Positions 38,046 through 50,740 of a DNA stretch of 64,000 nt are shown piece after piece; the stretch's first letter is position 1, and every line of letters begins with the position of its first letter. Origin of the DNA: the human T2T-CHM13v2.0 reference genome, Homo sapiens. Position numbers and translations under genes: made by a program. The notes beneath the pieces were generated by a model, which saw only the letters and a program-made list of their open reading frames with translations, ran no database searches and was not told where the DNA came from. The stretch lies in NCBI RefSeq assembly GCF_009914755.1, contig NC_060938.1. The stretch is one strand, 5' to 3'.

Positions 38046-38409
38046 TGAACATCAAGCACTCGGGCCCCTTCAGAAGTCTGAGGAAGGCCAAAGCCCATTT
38101 TCTTCCTGGCCCCCTCAATTGCGGCTGACCCCAAACTGTGTGTCCTTTCCCATCGCCTCTAGGCTTGCTGTCTGTGTACAGAGGTTGTTCTGTGGGTTCA
38201 GCCTCGGCTTCCCTCCTGGCCTACCAGACAGAAACCAGGAACAGCAAGTGATCCCACAACCACTTCCAGTGAAGGTGGTGACACCGCCCTGCCCCTGGTC
38301 CCTCTGACCGTATCCATGCATGACGAGCAGGGGACCTCCAATCCTCAAAACCTCCTCCCCACTTTCTGTCCATGCCCTGGATCCCATTGTAATGGCATCA
38401 CATCAGCAA

Positions 38410-38805
38410 TCATCACCCTCATGTATGTGGCACTTACTTGGGCCAGACCCTGTTCCGAGCACTCTACACATATCTGCTTACTTGATCCTGGCCATCACCC
38501 AGTCGCCCAGTCATCCTGTGAGGCTGGCAGTGCTACTACCCCCATTTTACAGACAAGGTGCAGACAGGTTAAGAGATGACCAATGATGCTGGTGTTGACT
38601 GGGCCCTGCCTACATGCCCGGCTATACTATGCTTCACATACATCATCCACTTAATCCTGGTGGAAATGGGAGTCCCTATTGCTGTCCCCATTTTACAGCT
38701 GGGTTCACTGAGTCCCAGTGAGTCATCCCAGGTCACAGACCTGGAAAGCGGGGATGCCGGAATTTGAACACAGCTGTCTGACTCCAAAGCCCATGCGCTT
38801 CACCA
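38410..38805 (-). mobile_element. Two tandem MIRs
   Basis: Two CCCCATTTTACAG cores; CCCAGGTCACAG...GGAATTTGAACACAG...TCTGACTCCAAAGCCC. Confidence 0.85.
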
Positions 38806-39747
38806 GCCAGGTTCCTGCAGTTGCTGCTGCAGCTGATATGTGCCCTGGAAATGGGGTTGTGGGGAGGGTGGCTGAGAGCCCAGGAAGCATTGCCCATCCC
38901 ATCTGCAGGGAACACAGGGGTCCATCGGACCCCGGGTTGGAGGGCTAGGGAGATCTGGGGTCAAAGCAGGAAGTAAAGCCAAGAGGGAGGGAGGTAAGAC
39001 AGAGCCAGGGCAGAGCGAAGAAGGACACTGCCAGGGGCAGAGTGGTGACGGAGCCAAGGATCTAGCCAGGTGATGGGCAGAGGCCTCACAGAGGGTGGGG
39101 GCCCCACAGAGCCCCCTGGCTGGGTCAGGGTCTCAGAACTGAGTCAACTAATGGGCCTACTACAGGAGTAAGAAGTGCAAGACAGGCGCCGGCATTTTCA
39201 AAACCTGTTCCAGACCTGAGCACCGTTCGGGAGGTCTCATCAGAGCCCTACCTTGGGAGCAAACCCAGGCAGGGATGCCTCAGGTGGCATTCAGGAGGCA
39301 CTCAGCAGTCACTGGGTACCACGGATGCCTGGCCTCCCCAGGGCTGTGGCCATCTGGAAGTTGCAATAATTAAATCCCTCCTGATTATTAAAACAAGACA
39401 TAATACTGCAGAACCTTTTGGGAAATGAAGGAAAATGTGAAGAAGGAGAAAAACTCATCTGTGACTTGTGCCCAGGAACGCTGCAGGCTGCTGAGACGTG
39501 GCTGCTGGGATCTTAGGAAACGGCTCACTCAGAACCAGCCCGGAGACTCCGCCAGCCCAGAAATATGCTCATTTCCCAGAGAGGGCTGTGTAGACACCTC
39601 CTCAGGAGAGGCAGTCTCCACCCAGGCCTCTGCTTTTCACATGCCCACTCATTCCTTCACAAACATTTATTAAGCACCTGCTGTGTGCTGGACTTTGGCC
39701 TGCCGGGGGATCTCCTGGCCAAGACAGGGGTGGGGATGGTGACAGGC

Positions 39748-40760
39748 ATCGTGGTGAGTGGTGGCTTCCAAGCAAGCAGTTTCGAATCCCTGAGACCTCA
39801 TACGGTAATGTTTTTGAAGGTGTGATTAAGTCAGGATCTTGAGGGTAAGAGGTGATCCTGACTTGTCGGAAAGGGGCCCTAAACACCGTCACAAGCATCC
39901 CTATGAGAGCCAGGCAGAGGGAGAAAGAACTGTGAAGACAGGCAGAGACTGGAGGGATGTGGCCACAAGCCAAGGAAGGCCAGCAGCCACCAAAAGCTGG
40001 AGGAGGCATCCTTATGGGTTCCCCTCCAAACCTACCAGGGTGAGCACAGTCTGCAGACACCTTGACTTGAGCCCAGTGAAACTGACTTTGGACTTCTGGC
40101 CTCCAGAACTGGAAAAGAACACATTTCTGTTGTTTTAAGCCTCTAAGTTTGTGAAGATTTGTTAGTGGTTGTAATAGTCAGGGTTCTCTAGAGAAACAGA
40201 ACCATCAGGCTGTCTAGGGAGACAGGTTGAAAGAAATAGAAAGAGATTTATTGTAAGGAATTGGCTTTCCAGATTATGGAGACAGGCAAATCCTGAGATC
40301 TGCAGGCAAGCCAGGGACCCAGGATTGCCGATAGTGTGGTTTCCATCCAGAAGGCCAGCAGCCTCGAGACCCAGAGAGGCTGATGTTTCAGTTCAAATCC
40401 CCACCCCCACACTGGCTCCTAGAAGGCCCAGGGGCGCCGCCCCATCCAGCCCATGACAGCCAAGTCCAAAAGCAAGAAAAAGCCAATATCCCAGCTCAGA
40501 GACAAACAGGAAGCATTATCTCTTACTCAAGGGAAGGTTGGCCTTTTTGTTCTATTTAGATCTTCGGCAGATTGGAGGAGGCCCACTCACAATGAGGAGG
40601 GCAATCTACTGAGTCCATAGATTCAAATGGGAATCTCATCCAAAAACACCCTCACAAGCACCCCTGGAATAATGTTTGTGTGAATATCTGGGCACCCTGT
40701 GCCCTAGTCAAGTTGACACATAAAAACCAGCCATCAAAGCAGCTGAGGGAAACGAACACA
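39748..40760 (+). mobile_element. MLT1C-like LTR, interrupted by MLT2; last ~22 bp at 40739-40760
   Basis: GCAGAGACTGGAGGGATGTGGCCACAAGCCAAGGAA, GACTTCTGGCCTCCAGAACTG, TTTCTGTTGTTTTAAGCC; resumes GCAGCTGAGGGAAACGAACACA. Confidence 0.88.
40170..40738 (-). mobile_element. MLT2 (ERVL) solo LTR
   Basis: Starts TGTAATAGTCAGGGTTCTCTAGAGAAACAGAACC; GATTTATTGTAAGGAATTGGCT; ends GTCAAGTTGACACATAAAA...CCATCA. Confidence 0.92.
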
Positions 40761-41010
40761 GCTTCATGTGCCAGGATAAGGAGTTCTGCCTTGGTCCTGA
40801 GGACAATGGGGAGCCATAGAGGAGTATCCAGCAGGGGGTACACCAGGGTGAGGCTGGGCAGGAGGGAGATCCTGTGTGTCGTGGCTGAAAGAGAGATGGG
40901 GAGGACGCCCGGGCCTGACAGAAGGGTGGAGAGACTCTACATACATCTATCTAGGAGGTGGGATGAGCAGGTCTGTGTGGTGAGGGAGGGAGAGTGGGGG
41001 TGACATGCAG
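40761..41010 (-). mobile_element. L2 fragment (its 3' end is at ~39645-39700, split by the LTRs)
   Basis: GCCAGGATAAGGAGTT...AATGGGGAGCCATAG; upstream AAACATTTATTAAGCACCTGCTGTGTGC. Confidence 0.65.
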
Positions 41011-43919
41011 GTTCCTGGGGCAGGTGCAGGCAGATAGCACGGGAATTGTGGGTTTTGCTTTGCAGGGGTGACCAGGAAACCCACAGCATTCACCTCTCCA
41101 CCCCACATCTGCACAGACACCCATCACGGGGATGTGCTAACCCGGCGAGTGTGGCCACCAGATACTGGCCCATGCGTCGGGACAGCCACCAGCCCCGGCC
41201 TAGGAGTGCTAGCCCTTGAGGGCGTGACCTTAGCCAAGGCCCAGATCACCTTAAAACTCAGGACTGGGGGTGGGGGGGGCACTGGGCCTGGGGGAGGAGA
41301 GGCTGAAAAGTGTCTTTTTTCCTGAAGAAGACAGAAATCCTCGCCTCACCTCAGCTGTAATAAGCTAATTTTCTCTTCTAAATGGGGCGTAATCAAATTC
41401 AGCCCCATAGCCTCATTTCCAGGCAACTTTATTCATTGTTATTTTTATTCCAAGAATTCCTTGGCATTTTCTGGGAGCCACTGAAGTGTTTAATAGCTGC
41501 CTAAGTAACGGCGTGCCCTCTTTGGAGCAAAACTGAGGAGCAAAGATTCCTAACTGGGGAGGTCCTGGAAGGACATGTGAGGTCAGCTGGCCCAGGTGTG
41601 GGAATGAGGCCAGGGTGGCAGGCGCCAAGGGGCACCTGGCTGGCTCAGTGGGCAGGACCCAGGCTGGGCCGGGGCCTCTAGGTGGTTCTGAAAAGCCTGA
41701 GAGCTTGGGCAGAGGAAGCAGTCAGGGGCCTCTGGGTTGGTAGGGAGATGAGGCAGAGGTGCCATACCTGCAATGCAGAAAGTAGGGGGGTCCTCAGAGC
41801 TCCCACTCTCCATGAAGACAGGGCTCCAGGGAACAGGGGGCTAGCATCTGCAGCTCTGAATCTCCATTAAGCCCAGCTTTGGGGACCACAGGCTTCTTGG
41901 GGTGGCCCCAGCCCCTAGCGAGGAGTCGCCAGGCCTTTCCCACGCCTTCTCAGAGGCCAGACCACAGCACAGGGTGGAGGAGACCCTGTCCTACTAAGAG
42001 TGGGACAAGGTCTGCACCTCCTCTGTGTCCAGGACAGGGACACCGGGCAGCAGCAGAGGGCCAAGGATGAGCAGACAGAACAGAGGCAGCACCAGAGTCC
42101 AGCAGGGAGGCAGCCACCATGGTCGGCAGGGTCTGGGCTGTGGTGGGGGGACAGGGGAAACTTCAAGGCAGACCACACAAAGGTGGCGAGTCCACCAGGC
42201 CGAGGGGACACTTGGATGTCCACAGCTTAGATACAGAGGAGGGGGCAGTGGGTGGCTGAGATGGACTAGAACTAGGCATCAGGGGAGGTTGATGGAACTT
42301 TGAGGAACCTGAGGAGGTTGGAAATGCTGGAGCCGAGAGCCGATGGGGCAAGAGGTTAGGGCTCACCTGGCTAGGGCTGCCCAGCCACTGCCAAACTCCA
42401 TGTCCCCTGACCATCCCCTCTGACACCTGTGTCCAGAGACAGGGCGTCCACTGCCCCCAGGAGTATTTTTTAGCTTCTCCGGGTCCCCTCCATCCCCACT
42501 GCACTTGGCCACCAAGCCCTCCTGGGCACTGTAAGGAGCTGTGAGACCACGGTGGGTGCGGCCAGTATGGTTCTCATTCATGTTGCTTAAATCATTAACT
42601 GGCTCTTTTGTAAGAGTCATCTGACGTTCAGGAAGTCTTTTGATGCCTTTCAAAAGGCTTTTTTATAAGTGTTTCTAATCCTTTTCTCTTAAAAACAGGA
42701 AGTTACACTTTGCAACCCTAAACACCAGAAGGTCAGAATTTGGTTGGCGAGGCAGATGCCACAGGCTCCGGATGGCTGTTAAATCTGCCCAGCCCTGGCC
42801 CAGTTCTCGGACTGAAGACACAGACAGGGGCCCAGGAGGAAACGGCTGGGCCCAGACCACCTCGTGGGTGATGCCTCCCCAAGAGAAGATGTGGCACACA
42901 GGTCTTCTCCAGGGCCCCTCCCCAGACAACGGACCCCCCGCTGCCCAAGCCAGAAAGCCGGGTGTCGTCCTCAGAGTCCCGTCTTCCTCAGCCCCACCCC
43001 CTGCTGCTGCCCTTTCTACTCCCTAGATCTGGCCTCTCCCTCCCTGCCCACTGCCTGGAATGGTGCTCCAGGGCCTTCACTTGCCTGTACAGGGCCCCCC
43101 AGGACTGGGTCGGGGGCTGCTTCTCTCTCCTTCCTTCCCACCTTTCACTCTCAGCTCCAACCCCAAACCACACTGTGGTCGCCTGGCTATGCCGTACCCT
43201 CACACACGCTGTTCCTCTGCCTGGACACCCGGCCTCCGCTTTTCCATGCAGTGAACTCCTACTCACCCCTCAGGGGCCCCTCCTCTAGCAAGTCTTTCCT
43301 CTTCTAGACTCCCTTTCCCCTGGATCCCAGGGCCTAAGTGCCCTGCCCTGGGCCTCCTTAGGAAAGAAGGAGGGTTGTATCTACAGCCTCTGTGCCTTTC
43401 ACATCTTCTCTTCAACATGTCTGTGGGAACTGAAGCAACCAGCTCAACTGATGAATCTTAGCAGGAAACTATCTCACCAAAAGAACTTGGCCTCCACTCC
43501 ATCTGTGCCCACGCCACCCCCACCCCCAGAGACCAGCCACTCTTGGCCACATTCCCCAGGGCCAGGCCTGCTGCAGCACCTGCTGTGTAGCAACTCTGGT
43601 CCAGCCATCCTTTCCAGGGTGGTGGGAACCCAGCCCTGCCCTGGAAGAAGCAGCCCTTTCCCCTGTTGCAGGATCCAGGCAAGTGCTGGGGCATCCAGGT
43701 CAGCCAGGCCAGCAGGGAAAGGGGCTGGAGGATGCGCAGCTCTGCCGAGGACGGTGTTCAGTATGGACAGAGCTGCCCAAGGCAGTGAAAGGGGGCACCC
43801 CATGCCCAGAGGTGTGCCTGTCCTGCCCCATACACCAGAAACGCAGTAAGCATGCATGCCCTCGATAGGAGTTGGATTTGAAGAACTGCCAGCTCCCTTC
43901 CAACTCACGAGTTGATTAC

Positions 43920-44172
43920 CTGTTCATTCATCAACAAGGAGGTGCTCAGCCCTGTTGTGATAGATCAGAAGTTGGACCTGGTGGCTGGGGAAACAGAGGT
44001 GGACCAGGGACAGTGCTGCCCTCCAGGAGCTCCCAGCCCATGGACTAACAGACCCAGAAATAAACGATCTGTCTAGAACGCTAAGCTCCATCTTGTTCAC
44101 CACTGTACCCCACAATACTAGGCACAAGGGCTGGCATACAGTAGGTGCTCAACAAAGGTCTGCTGAATGACT
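43920..44172. mobile_element. Two divergent L2 3' ends (- then +)
   Basis: TCATTCATCAACAA at the left; CTGGCATACAGTAGGTGCTCAACAAA...TGAATGA at the right. Confidence 0.7.
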
Positions 44173-44519
44173 AAGTGCTGTGATCGAGGCCCCACCAGGG
44201 GCTGAGGAGCCCCAACAGTATGTGGAGGAAGGAAGGTGAGGAGAGACCTCCTGGAGGTAAGGTCCCCAGGCTGAGCCCTTGGCATTCCCAGCTAATGGAT
44301 CTGCTGGTCCAGGGCCAGCCAGGAGGCAAGGAAAGCAGGGTGCAGCCCCGAAGACACAGGTGGGCTGAGCAACATGACTGGGATTCTGTGGAGGGTGCTG
44401 GGAGACCCTGGGGTGCGGGGCCAAGGAGCAATGGGACCAGGTTTGTCTTGTGGAACAAGGATGGGCTGCAACATGTGGGAGACTCTGGGGCTGGGGACAA
44501 GGACAGCCCTGAGGGGATG

Positions 44520-44855
44520 CAGTGGGTTTGGCTGCATGTGGCAGGCCCAGAATGACAGTGGTTTAAAAAATAAGTTTACCTCTCACGGAGAAGTTTGAGC
44601 TGAAAGGTGCCCTCTGCTCCCCCAGGTCACAAGGGCCTGGCCTCGTTCCTGTTTCGGGGACTTCCCAGAGCGGGGCTCCTCCTGGGTGGGTAATCTGCTC
44701 CTACCCCATTGGACAGACAGAGTCACATGGCCACATCTAGCTGTAAGGGATGCTGGGAAAGGAATCTGCCAGGGCAGCCAGGTTCTGAGAGGAATTTTGT
44801 TGTTAGGGAAGGCGAGAGAGAGGCTGTTGAGGGACAACTGTCAGAGGCTGTATCA
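44520..44855 (-). mobile_element. MLT1J-like LTR
   Basis: ACAGTGGTTTAAA; GTCACATGGCCACATCTAGCTGTAAGGGATGCTGGGAAA. Confidence 0.7.
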
Positions 44856-46942
44856 TGGGCACTGATTAGGGAGCACCTCGTGCTTTCCCTCTGGAGGGGA
44901 AGCATGGGGCCTGGGCCGAGACTGGCCAGGATGGAAGGCCTCTAGAAGGTCCCTGAGTGGGGCTGGGGTGTGGTGGGGCTGCCCATGAGATGAGGAGCGC
45001 CAGAGCTGTGCAGGCAGCGTGGGATTTGGCAGAGGGAGGGCTGCGGGTTGCAGAGGTGAGTTGGGCCTTTTTGAGAGCGAACTGCCTAGGGAACAGCCCT
45101 TGGAGGTGTCCAGGTGAGGCTGAGGTGTGGGACCCACCTGCAGGCAGAGGGCTGTGCTAAGGGTGGCTGGGCCAGGAAAGGCTGGAGAGAGAGGGGACCC
45201 TCCGGGGTTCACAAGAAGGAGGGTAAAGTGCAAAGGGGCCTCCCGTAGCTCCAAGGAAGAGGCTGGGACCACTGCGAGAACGGGGAGGGAAACCGTCCCT
45301 GAAGACAGTTTCCAGGAGGACAGAGGAAGAGGTAGAGGCTGGGTGGGAGGGGCAGCAGTGTCCCCTTCTCAGTAAGTCCTCCTACAACCTGCCTGAGAGC
45401 TCCCTCTGGAAGAGGTGGGGAGGAAGACAGGAGGGGAGGCCCCCAGATGCAGGCCGGGAAGCAGAGCCATCGACCCACCTGAGAACAGCCAGCCCTTAGC
45501 CTGAGGGGCTGGGACAAGGTGTATAGCCTGGTTCACTCCTTGGGACCCCGAGACCCCACTCCCAAGCCTCAACATCCCAGGCCCCTCCCAGGTGACAGCT
45601 GGGCTGGGGAAGGGGTTCCAGATCAGCCATCTCTTTCTCAACTCATGGGGGAGGGGTGCTAACCCCCAAGTGGGATCCTGTACAAAGGCTTCATATCCAC
45701 AATCTTATTTGACCCCACAACAATCCATCCTACAGAAGAGGAAACCGACGCCCAGAGTGGTAAAAGGCTGCCCACGGTGGCCCACTTAGGCAGTGTGGAA
45801 CCCTTGGCCGGGTGGTGGCACGGGATGAACACTCCCATTCCCCTCTTAAAGTCAGGGAAGCAGAGGCTCAGATAGGTGCACAGCCTCCCTCCAGGTCACA
45901 CAGCAGGTCAGGTCTATGCCAGTGCTGGCGCGGTCACCCCAGCCGCTGTCTTTCTAGCAGCACCCTAGCTCTGTGCCATGTGGCTGCCCCTCAATAACCA
46001 GGAGAACAGAGCAGCCTGGGTGAAAGGGAGGGCCGAGGGCTTCAGGATCCTTCAGGATCCCCCAGGGAAGCCCAGCTGGTCTGAGAACTCCATAGGGGTT
46101 CATCTGGGGACCAGAGAACTGGAGGGGGGCTGTGCACCTTCTTCTTTACCCTACTGCTCCACTCCCCTCCTGCCAACAATGCCATAGCCTGGGCTGCCTC
46201 CACCACTCCCCATGCAACTCTGGGGGCCTGGCCTGGCCACAGACCACCACTTCCTGGAAAGAGTAACTGTTCCTGGAAAGCTGGAACTGCTGCCTCCCCA
46301 GCCCAGGTCGCCTCAACAGTGTGCAGAGGTCAGCTCAACCGGCAGCCCCGGGCCCCTCTGGGATCCCTCACATTTCCAAGAAAATTGCAAAACACGTAAA
46401 GAACAAATGGTCCTCATATCCCTCCCTCATTGGCTTAAAAAGGAGTACTGGGGATCCGGGAGAGAGCTGGGAAGATGCCACAGGAGGCTTCCTGATCCCC
46501 CAACCAAGTGCATCCCCAGGCATTCTGCAGCCAGGACACCCTGGGAGTGTGCAAGGTGGGCAGGGGAGGGCAGGGAGGAGGCAGCCAGCTCCGGGGGTGG
46601 GCACCTCCTTGGGGGAGGGTGGCTGAGACTCTGACGCACTGGAACCTTCCTGCAATGGAATAGACAGAGCCTGTTCCCACCCTCGGCTTCTACCTCTCCC
46701 AGCCACAGGCCAGCCTCAAAGGGCAGGAGCCAGGATCCATTTACCCTGCGGGGATGGGGGAGAGCAGCTCTCAAGGATGGCCTCTGTTCTGGGGCCTCCC
46801 CCTGTGTAAGCCCTTCCCCCTGAGGGCAGGCTGCACCCTGAGCTCCACGTCCCAAATGGGACTGGGCAACCGGACCAGAAACTCCCAGATGCTTAGGTAC
46901 AGCACACGCCCTCGTGGAGCCTCCGTTTCCCCACCCGGATAG

Positions 46943-47230
46943 TCCAGAATTTCCCAAAAGGAAGTAACAAGACAATTTTGAAGGGTATCCAGAAAAAGTT
47001 GTTTTCTATTTCAATAGTTATTTATCTATATGGGTTGAGAAAAATACATACATAACTAACATATCAAACCCAGGGCTTCAGAACCTATCACGTAGGTCAT
47101 CAGTATTTAAGTTTAAAAAGCAAGTTGATTTTTTTAAAAATTAAGCAAATATTCAAGTTGACGATACAAGAATACAACATAAATCAAGTTGTGAGACTCC
47201 GCTGACCTGTATTTGTTGAGCAACGACTAA
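46943..47230 (-). mobile_element. MER113A-like hAT-Charlie MITE
   Basis: TTTCCCAAA, AATAGTTATTTAT, ATAACTAACATATCAAACCC and GTTTAAAAAG...GTTGATTT; reverse orientation of the 12520-12788 family. Confidence 0.65.
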
Positions 47231-49405
47231 AATCTCCCCATGTCTACGTCACTGTTATTTTGCATCTTGTCGTGGTAGCCAACCTGGTTGCCTGACTCAC
47301 GCCAGAGACCACGCAGCAGCCTGAGGAAAGACGTTCAAAGCAGAGAGAACAAAGAACTGAGCCCTCTTGGAGCCTTGCGGCTCTGCATTTGCTGAAGATG
47401 CGGCCCTGGAGTGCTGCTGGTGGAGCACCTCGGAACAGGACAAGAGGGCTGAACAGGACAGGGCCAGGTGGTCCAGAGCCCACCAGCCTGGCCTGCCTGC
47501 CCCCTCCCTGTGGTGGCCCTTGAAGCGTCTATTCATTCTGTGAAACTGTCTGTGTCTGCAGAGGCTGGAAGCCCCCCAAGGGTGAAGCCTCCCAGCACTC
47601 ACCAACAGCTGAGTGCTGTTATCAGCCTCCCAGCACTCAGCGCCCACCTGGCAGAAAAGGTCTCAATGGATCTCGCTGAATAAATGAAACAGGGAGTCTG
47701 GGGACCTGCGAGCTCTGCCTCCAAATACCCAGTGGGCAGAGGGTCAGCCATGTTTGGAGGGCACCAAAGAGAGCCAGGAGAGCCTGGGTAGCCAGGGATC
47801 GTGGGCTCTCTTCCCTCGGAAGTGTGGGAGCAGAGGCTGCCGGGGGCAGGGCTGGGAGCTGAGGCCGAGAGTTGCAGCTCACAGCACTGAGTAGGACCAG
47901 GGAGGAAGCAAGTGCGGGGAAGCGGCCCCAGGATGGGGTTGGGGCAAAGATGCTGCCACTATTACCTCCCCACTCTGGGGCTCCCATGAGATCTCCCTGT
48001 CTGTCCCTCCTCAGCCGCCAGGGCCTCTGGGGCCACAGGCTGGTTCAGCTCAGGGCAAACTACACCTGAGAATGAGCAGAGAGGCCATCCTCTCAGCTGG
48101 CGATCCTGGGCCCCAGTTGCCCTCAGGGGACCCGCTGCCCTGCCCCGGGCCCAGCTTGGCCATATTGTCTTCTATTGCTCAAGAAAAAATTGTCATCTTG
48201 GGCTGGGGGTGCTATCAGGCCCCCATAATCCATAGATTCAAGTCCAGAGCCCGGAGCAGGGCCTCTGGGGCCCTCCCAGTGAGCTGGCTGACCCCACCCT
48301 GCTCCTGGCCCACACTCCAGGCTCCAGACCCCAGACCCTCAATAGGTCCTCAGGGCTGCCCGAGGCCAGGCCCTGCTCCCAGGAACTCACAGAATCGAGG
48401 ACAGAGCCTCACGCTTCAAATCATGCCGCACAGTAGGTGCCTGGAGAAGTTGGGGAGGGAGGTGAAAGGACCCTGCAGACGGCGGCTCCACGGCAGGGAA
48501 TTCCTGGGAGTGCAGCTGGTCTGCACAGCTGGCTGGTGAGGCAGCGGGTGCAGGCTCCCCAAACACTGAGGGTGGGCACAAGGCTGGCAGAGCCGCACCT
48601 GCACTCCTCGACACACTGCTCTCAGCTAGGCCCTGCACTCCCCTCCGCAAGTTCCCTTCCAGCTCCTGACATGCTTATCCCTGCTCCCAATCACACAGAG
48701 CCATCTGATTGGCTTAGCTTGGTTGGTTGGTCTATTGGGCAGAGTCCAGCCCTCAAGTCAGGTGCCCATCCTCATCTACTCAGAGGCCTCCCCTAGCTCT
48801 CCGAAGAGCCCACATCTCCTGGGTGGTCAGGGTAGGTACCAGGCAGGTGAGGGCGTGGAGGGCGCAGTGAGTGGAGCTTCTCAGTGCCTGAGCTGGGCCA
48901 GAGCTGATTGACTTTGATTTCTAAAATGACACCCGGAGTGACACATCCGCAGTGGCAGAGGCAGACCTTGGTGAGCCTGGCAGGCATCTTTCAACTCCTC
49001 TGCTCCATGATGGAGTGGTTCTGGGTCTCAGCCAGCAGTACCTGTAGGTGGCCCCTGACTCCTGGCTTCTGAGTCCCTTCCCTCCCCTGCCCATCCTGGC
49101 CCCCAGCCCCTCCCCAGGCCAGCCCCCTCCTCCCAGCTGCAGCTAGTGCTTTCATTCACCCTCTGAGCATTCATTCACCCAGCCCTTTTTAGGTAAGAGG
49201 CTGGTTCCAGCCCTGAAGGAGAGGAGCCTCTCCCTGCCCCGTGGAAGGGCATTAGCAACAGCCATGTCCTAGCCCCTCCACCCGCTCAGCCTCCAGGCTG
49301 AGGCAGCCTGGCCAGGGAGTACTGACCACATCCACATCTGGCCATGGCCTTCCTCTTCCTAATGCCTCCCATGGCTCCCCATCACCCTCAGATAAGGCCA
49401 GACCC

Positions 49406-49815
49406 TGTGGCTAGACTTGTGTGTGCGTTACCTTCCATGGCCAAAGGGATTTTGCAGAGGTGAGTAAAGTAGGGATCTTGAGATGAGAGACGATCCTGGG
49501 TTATCTGGGTGGGCCCAGTGTCATCACAAGGCTCTATTCAGTGTGGAAAGGGAGGCAAGACAGCAGGAGTGGCGTCAGACTCCAGGGCGTCGCTGGCCTT
49601 GACATTGAAAGGGGGCCATGGGTCAAAGAACACAGGTGGCTTCTAGAAGCTGGAAAAGCAAGGGAATTGATCTCCTCTGGAGCTTCCAGAAGGAACACTG
49701 CCTTGCCAATCCACTGTGGACTTCAGACCTGCAGAACTGTAAGGTCATAAATTGGTGTTGTCTTAAGCCCATTTGTTTGAGGCAATTTGCTATTACAGCA
49801 ACCATAGGCAACTCC
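49406..49815 (+). mobile_element. MLT1D LTR
   Basis: GGGATTTTGCAGA...GGATCTTGAGATG...TTATCTGGGTGGGCCCA...TCTAGAAGCTGGAAAAGCAAGG...CAGAACTGTAAG. Confidence 0.9.
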
Positions 49816-50383
49816 TTGACGGGTCCCCAGGGCCTTTCTGATTCAGCCCTGCTGATGTCCCAGCCTTGGGCGAGCCCCTCCCCTCCCCCTTGCAGTGAGC
49901 TCCCTCGTCCCCGTTCCCGCTCCCGCTCCCCTACTTCCTGGGCTCACCGCACCTTTGGCCTTCGCTCAGGCGGTCTCCTTGGCCTGATACAACCCTTCCC
50001 AGGGCCTGGCCAGCAGCTCCTCCCCCACACACCCATCCCAATGTCTCCTCCTCAGGAAGGGCCCCCATCCGCTGAGGGCTTGGCAGTAACCATCCCCAGG
50101 CCCTGGATCACCACCCAAGACTCAAGTTCTGCCTCATCATGGGCCACGTGCCCACCCGGGTCAAGATGGGGTGAGGCCCCTTAACTGATGGCCCTGCCCT
50201 GATCTAAGGGCCAAGGGAAGGGCTAGAACTTCAGGAATGCAGAGTTAACAGGTGCCCCTGCCCTCTCTGGTCCACCTCCCAAGGCTCGGTCACCTCGTCA
50301 GAGTAAGTCTCGCACTGGCACCCCTGTGTGCCCTCACCCAGCTATGGGTTCCTGAAGGGTGGCTCCTGGGTCAGAGTGGGGCC

Positions 50384-50740
50384 TGTTGCAGTTTGGACTC
50401 CCCCAGAGCAAAACCTGAGACGAGGATGTGGGTGCAGGTAGTGAACCCAGGAAGCTCACATGAGAAAGTGAAGACGAGGAGGAGATGGGGGTGGGGGCGG
50501 AAAACCAAGAGAGGTGCACTAGGCAAGTGGGGCTCAGCCACTGAGGACCCTCACATGGGCCCACTCGGGCCCCTGGTGGCTGAGGGTGTCACCTGCTGAC
50601 ACAGACTGCCTGGCATGTTCCTGAGCAGGCTGGGCAGGGATGCGTCCAGAGGCAGGTGCTGGAGTGAACCAAGGACACCTTGCCAGGAATCGTCACCTGC
50701 AGCTGCAGGTCAGCTCAGAGGCTGAGGTCTCAGGAGGGGC
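50384..50740 (-). mobile_element. LTR33-family LTR
   Basis: CCCCAGAGCAAAACCTGAGACGAGGATGTGGGTGCAGGTAGT...CCCAGGAAG...CTGCAGCTGCAGGT. Confidence 0.6.

Noticed and set aside
43920-44172. Opposed L2 ends as a miR-28-like hairpin
   Set aside because: Arrangement is divergent rather than tail-to-tail, and complementarity is weak.
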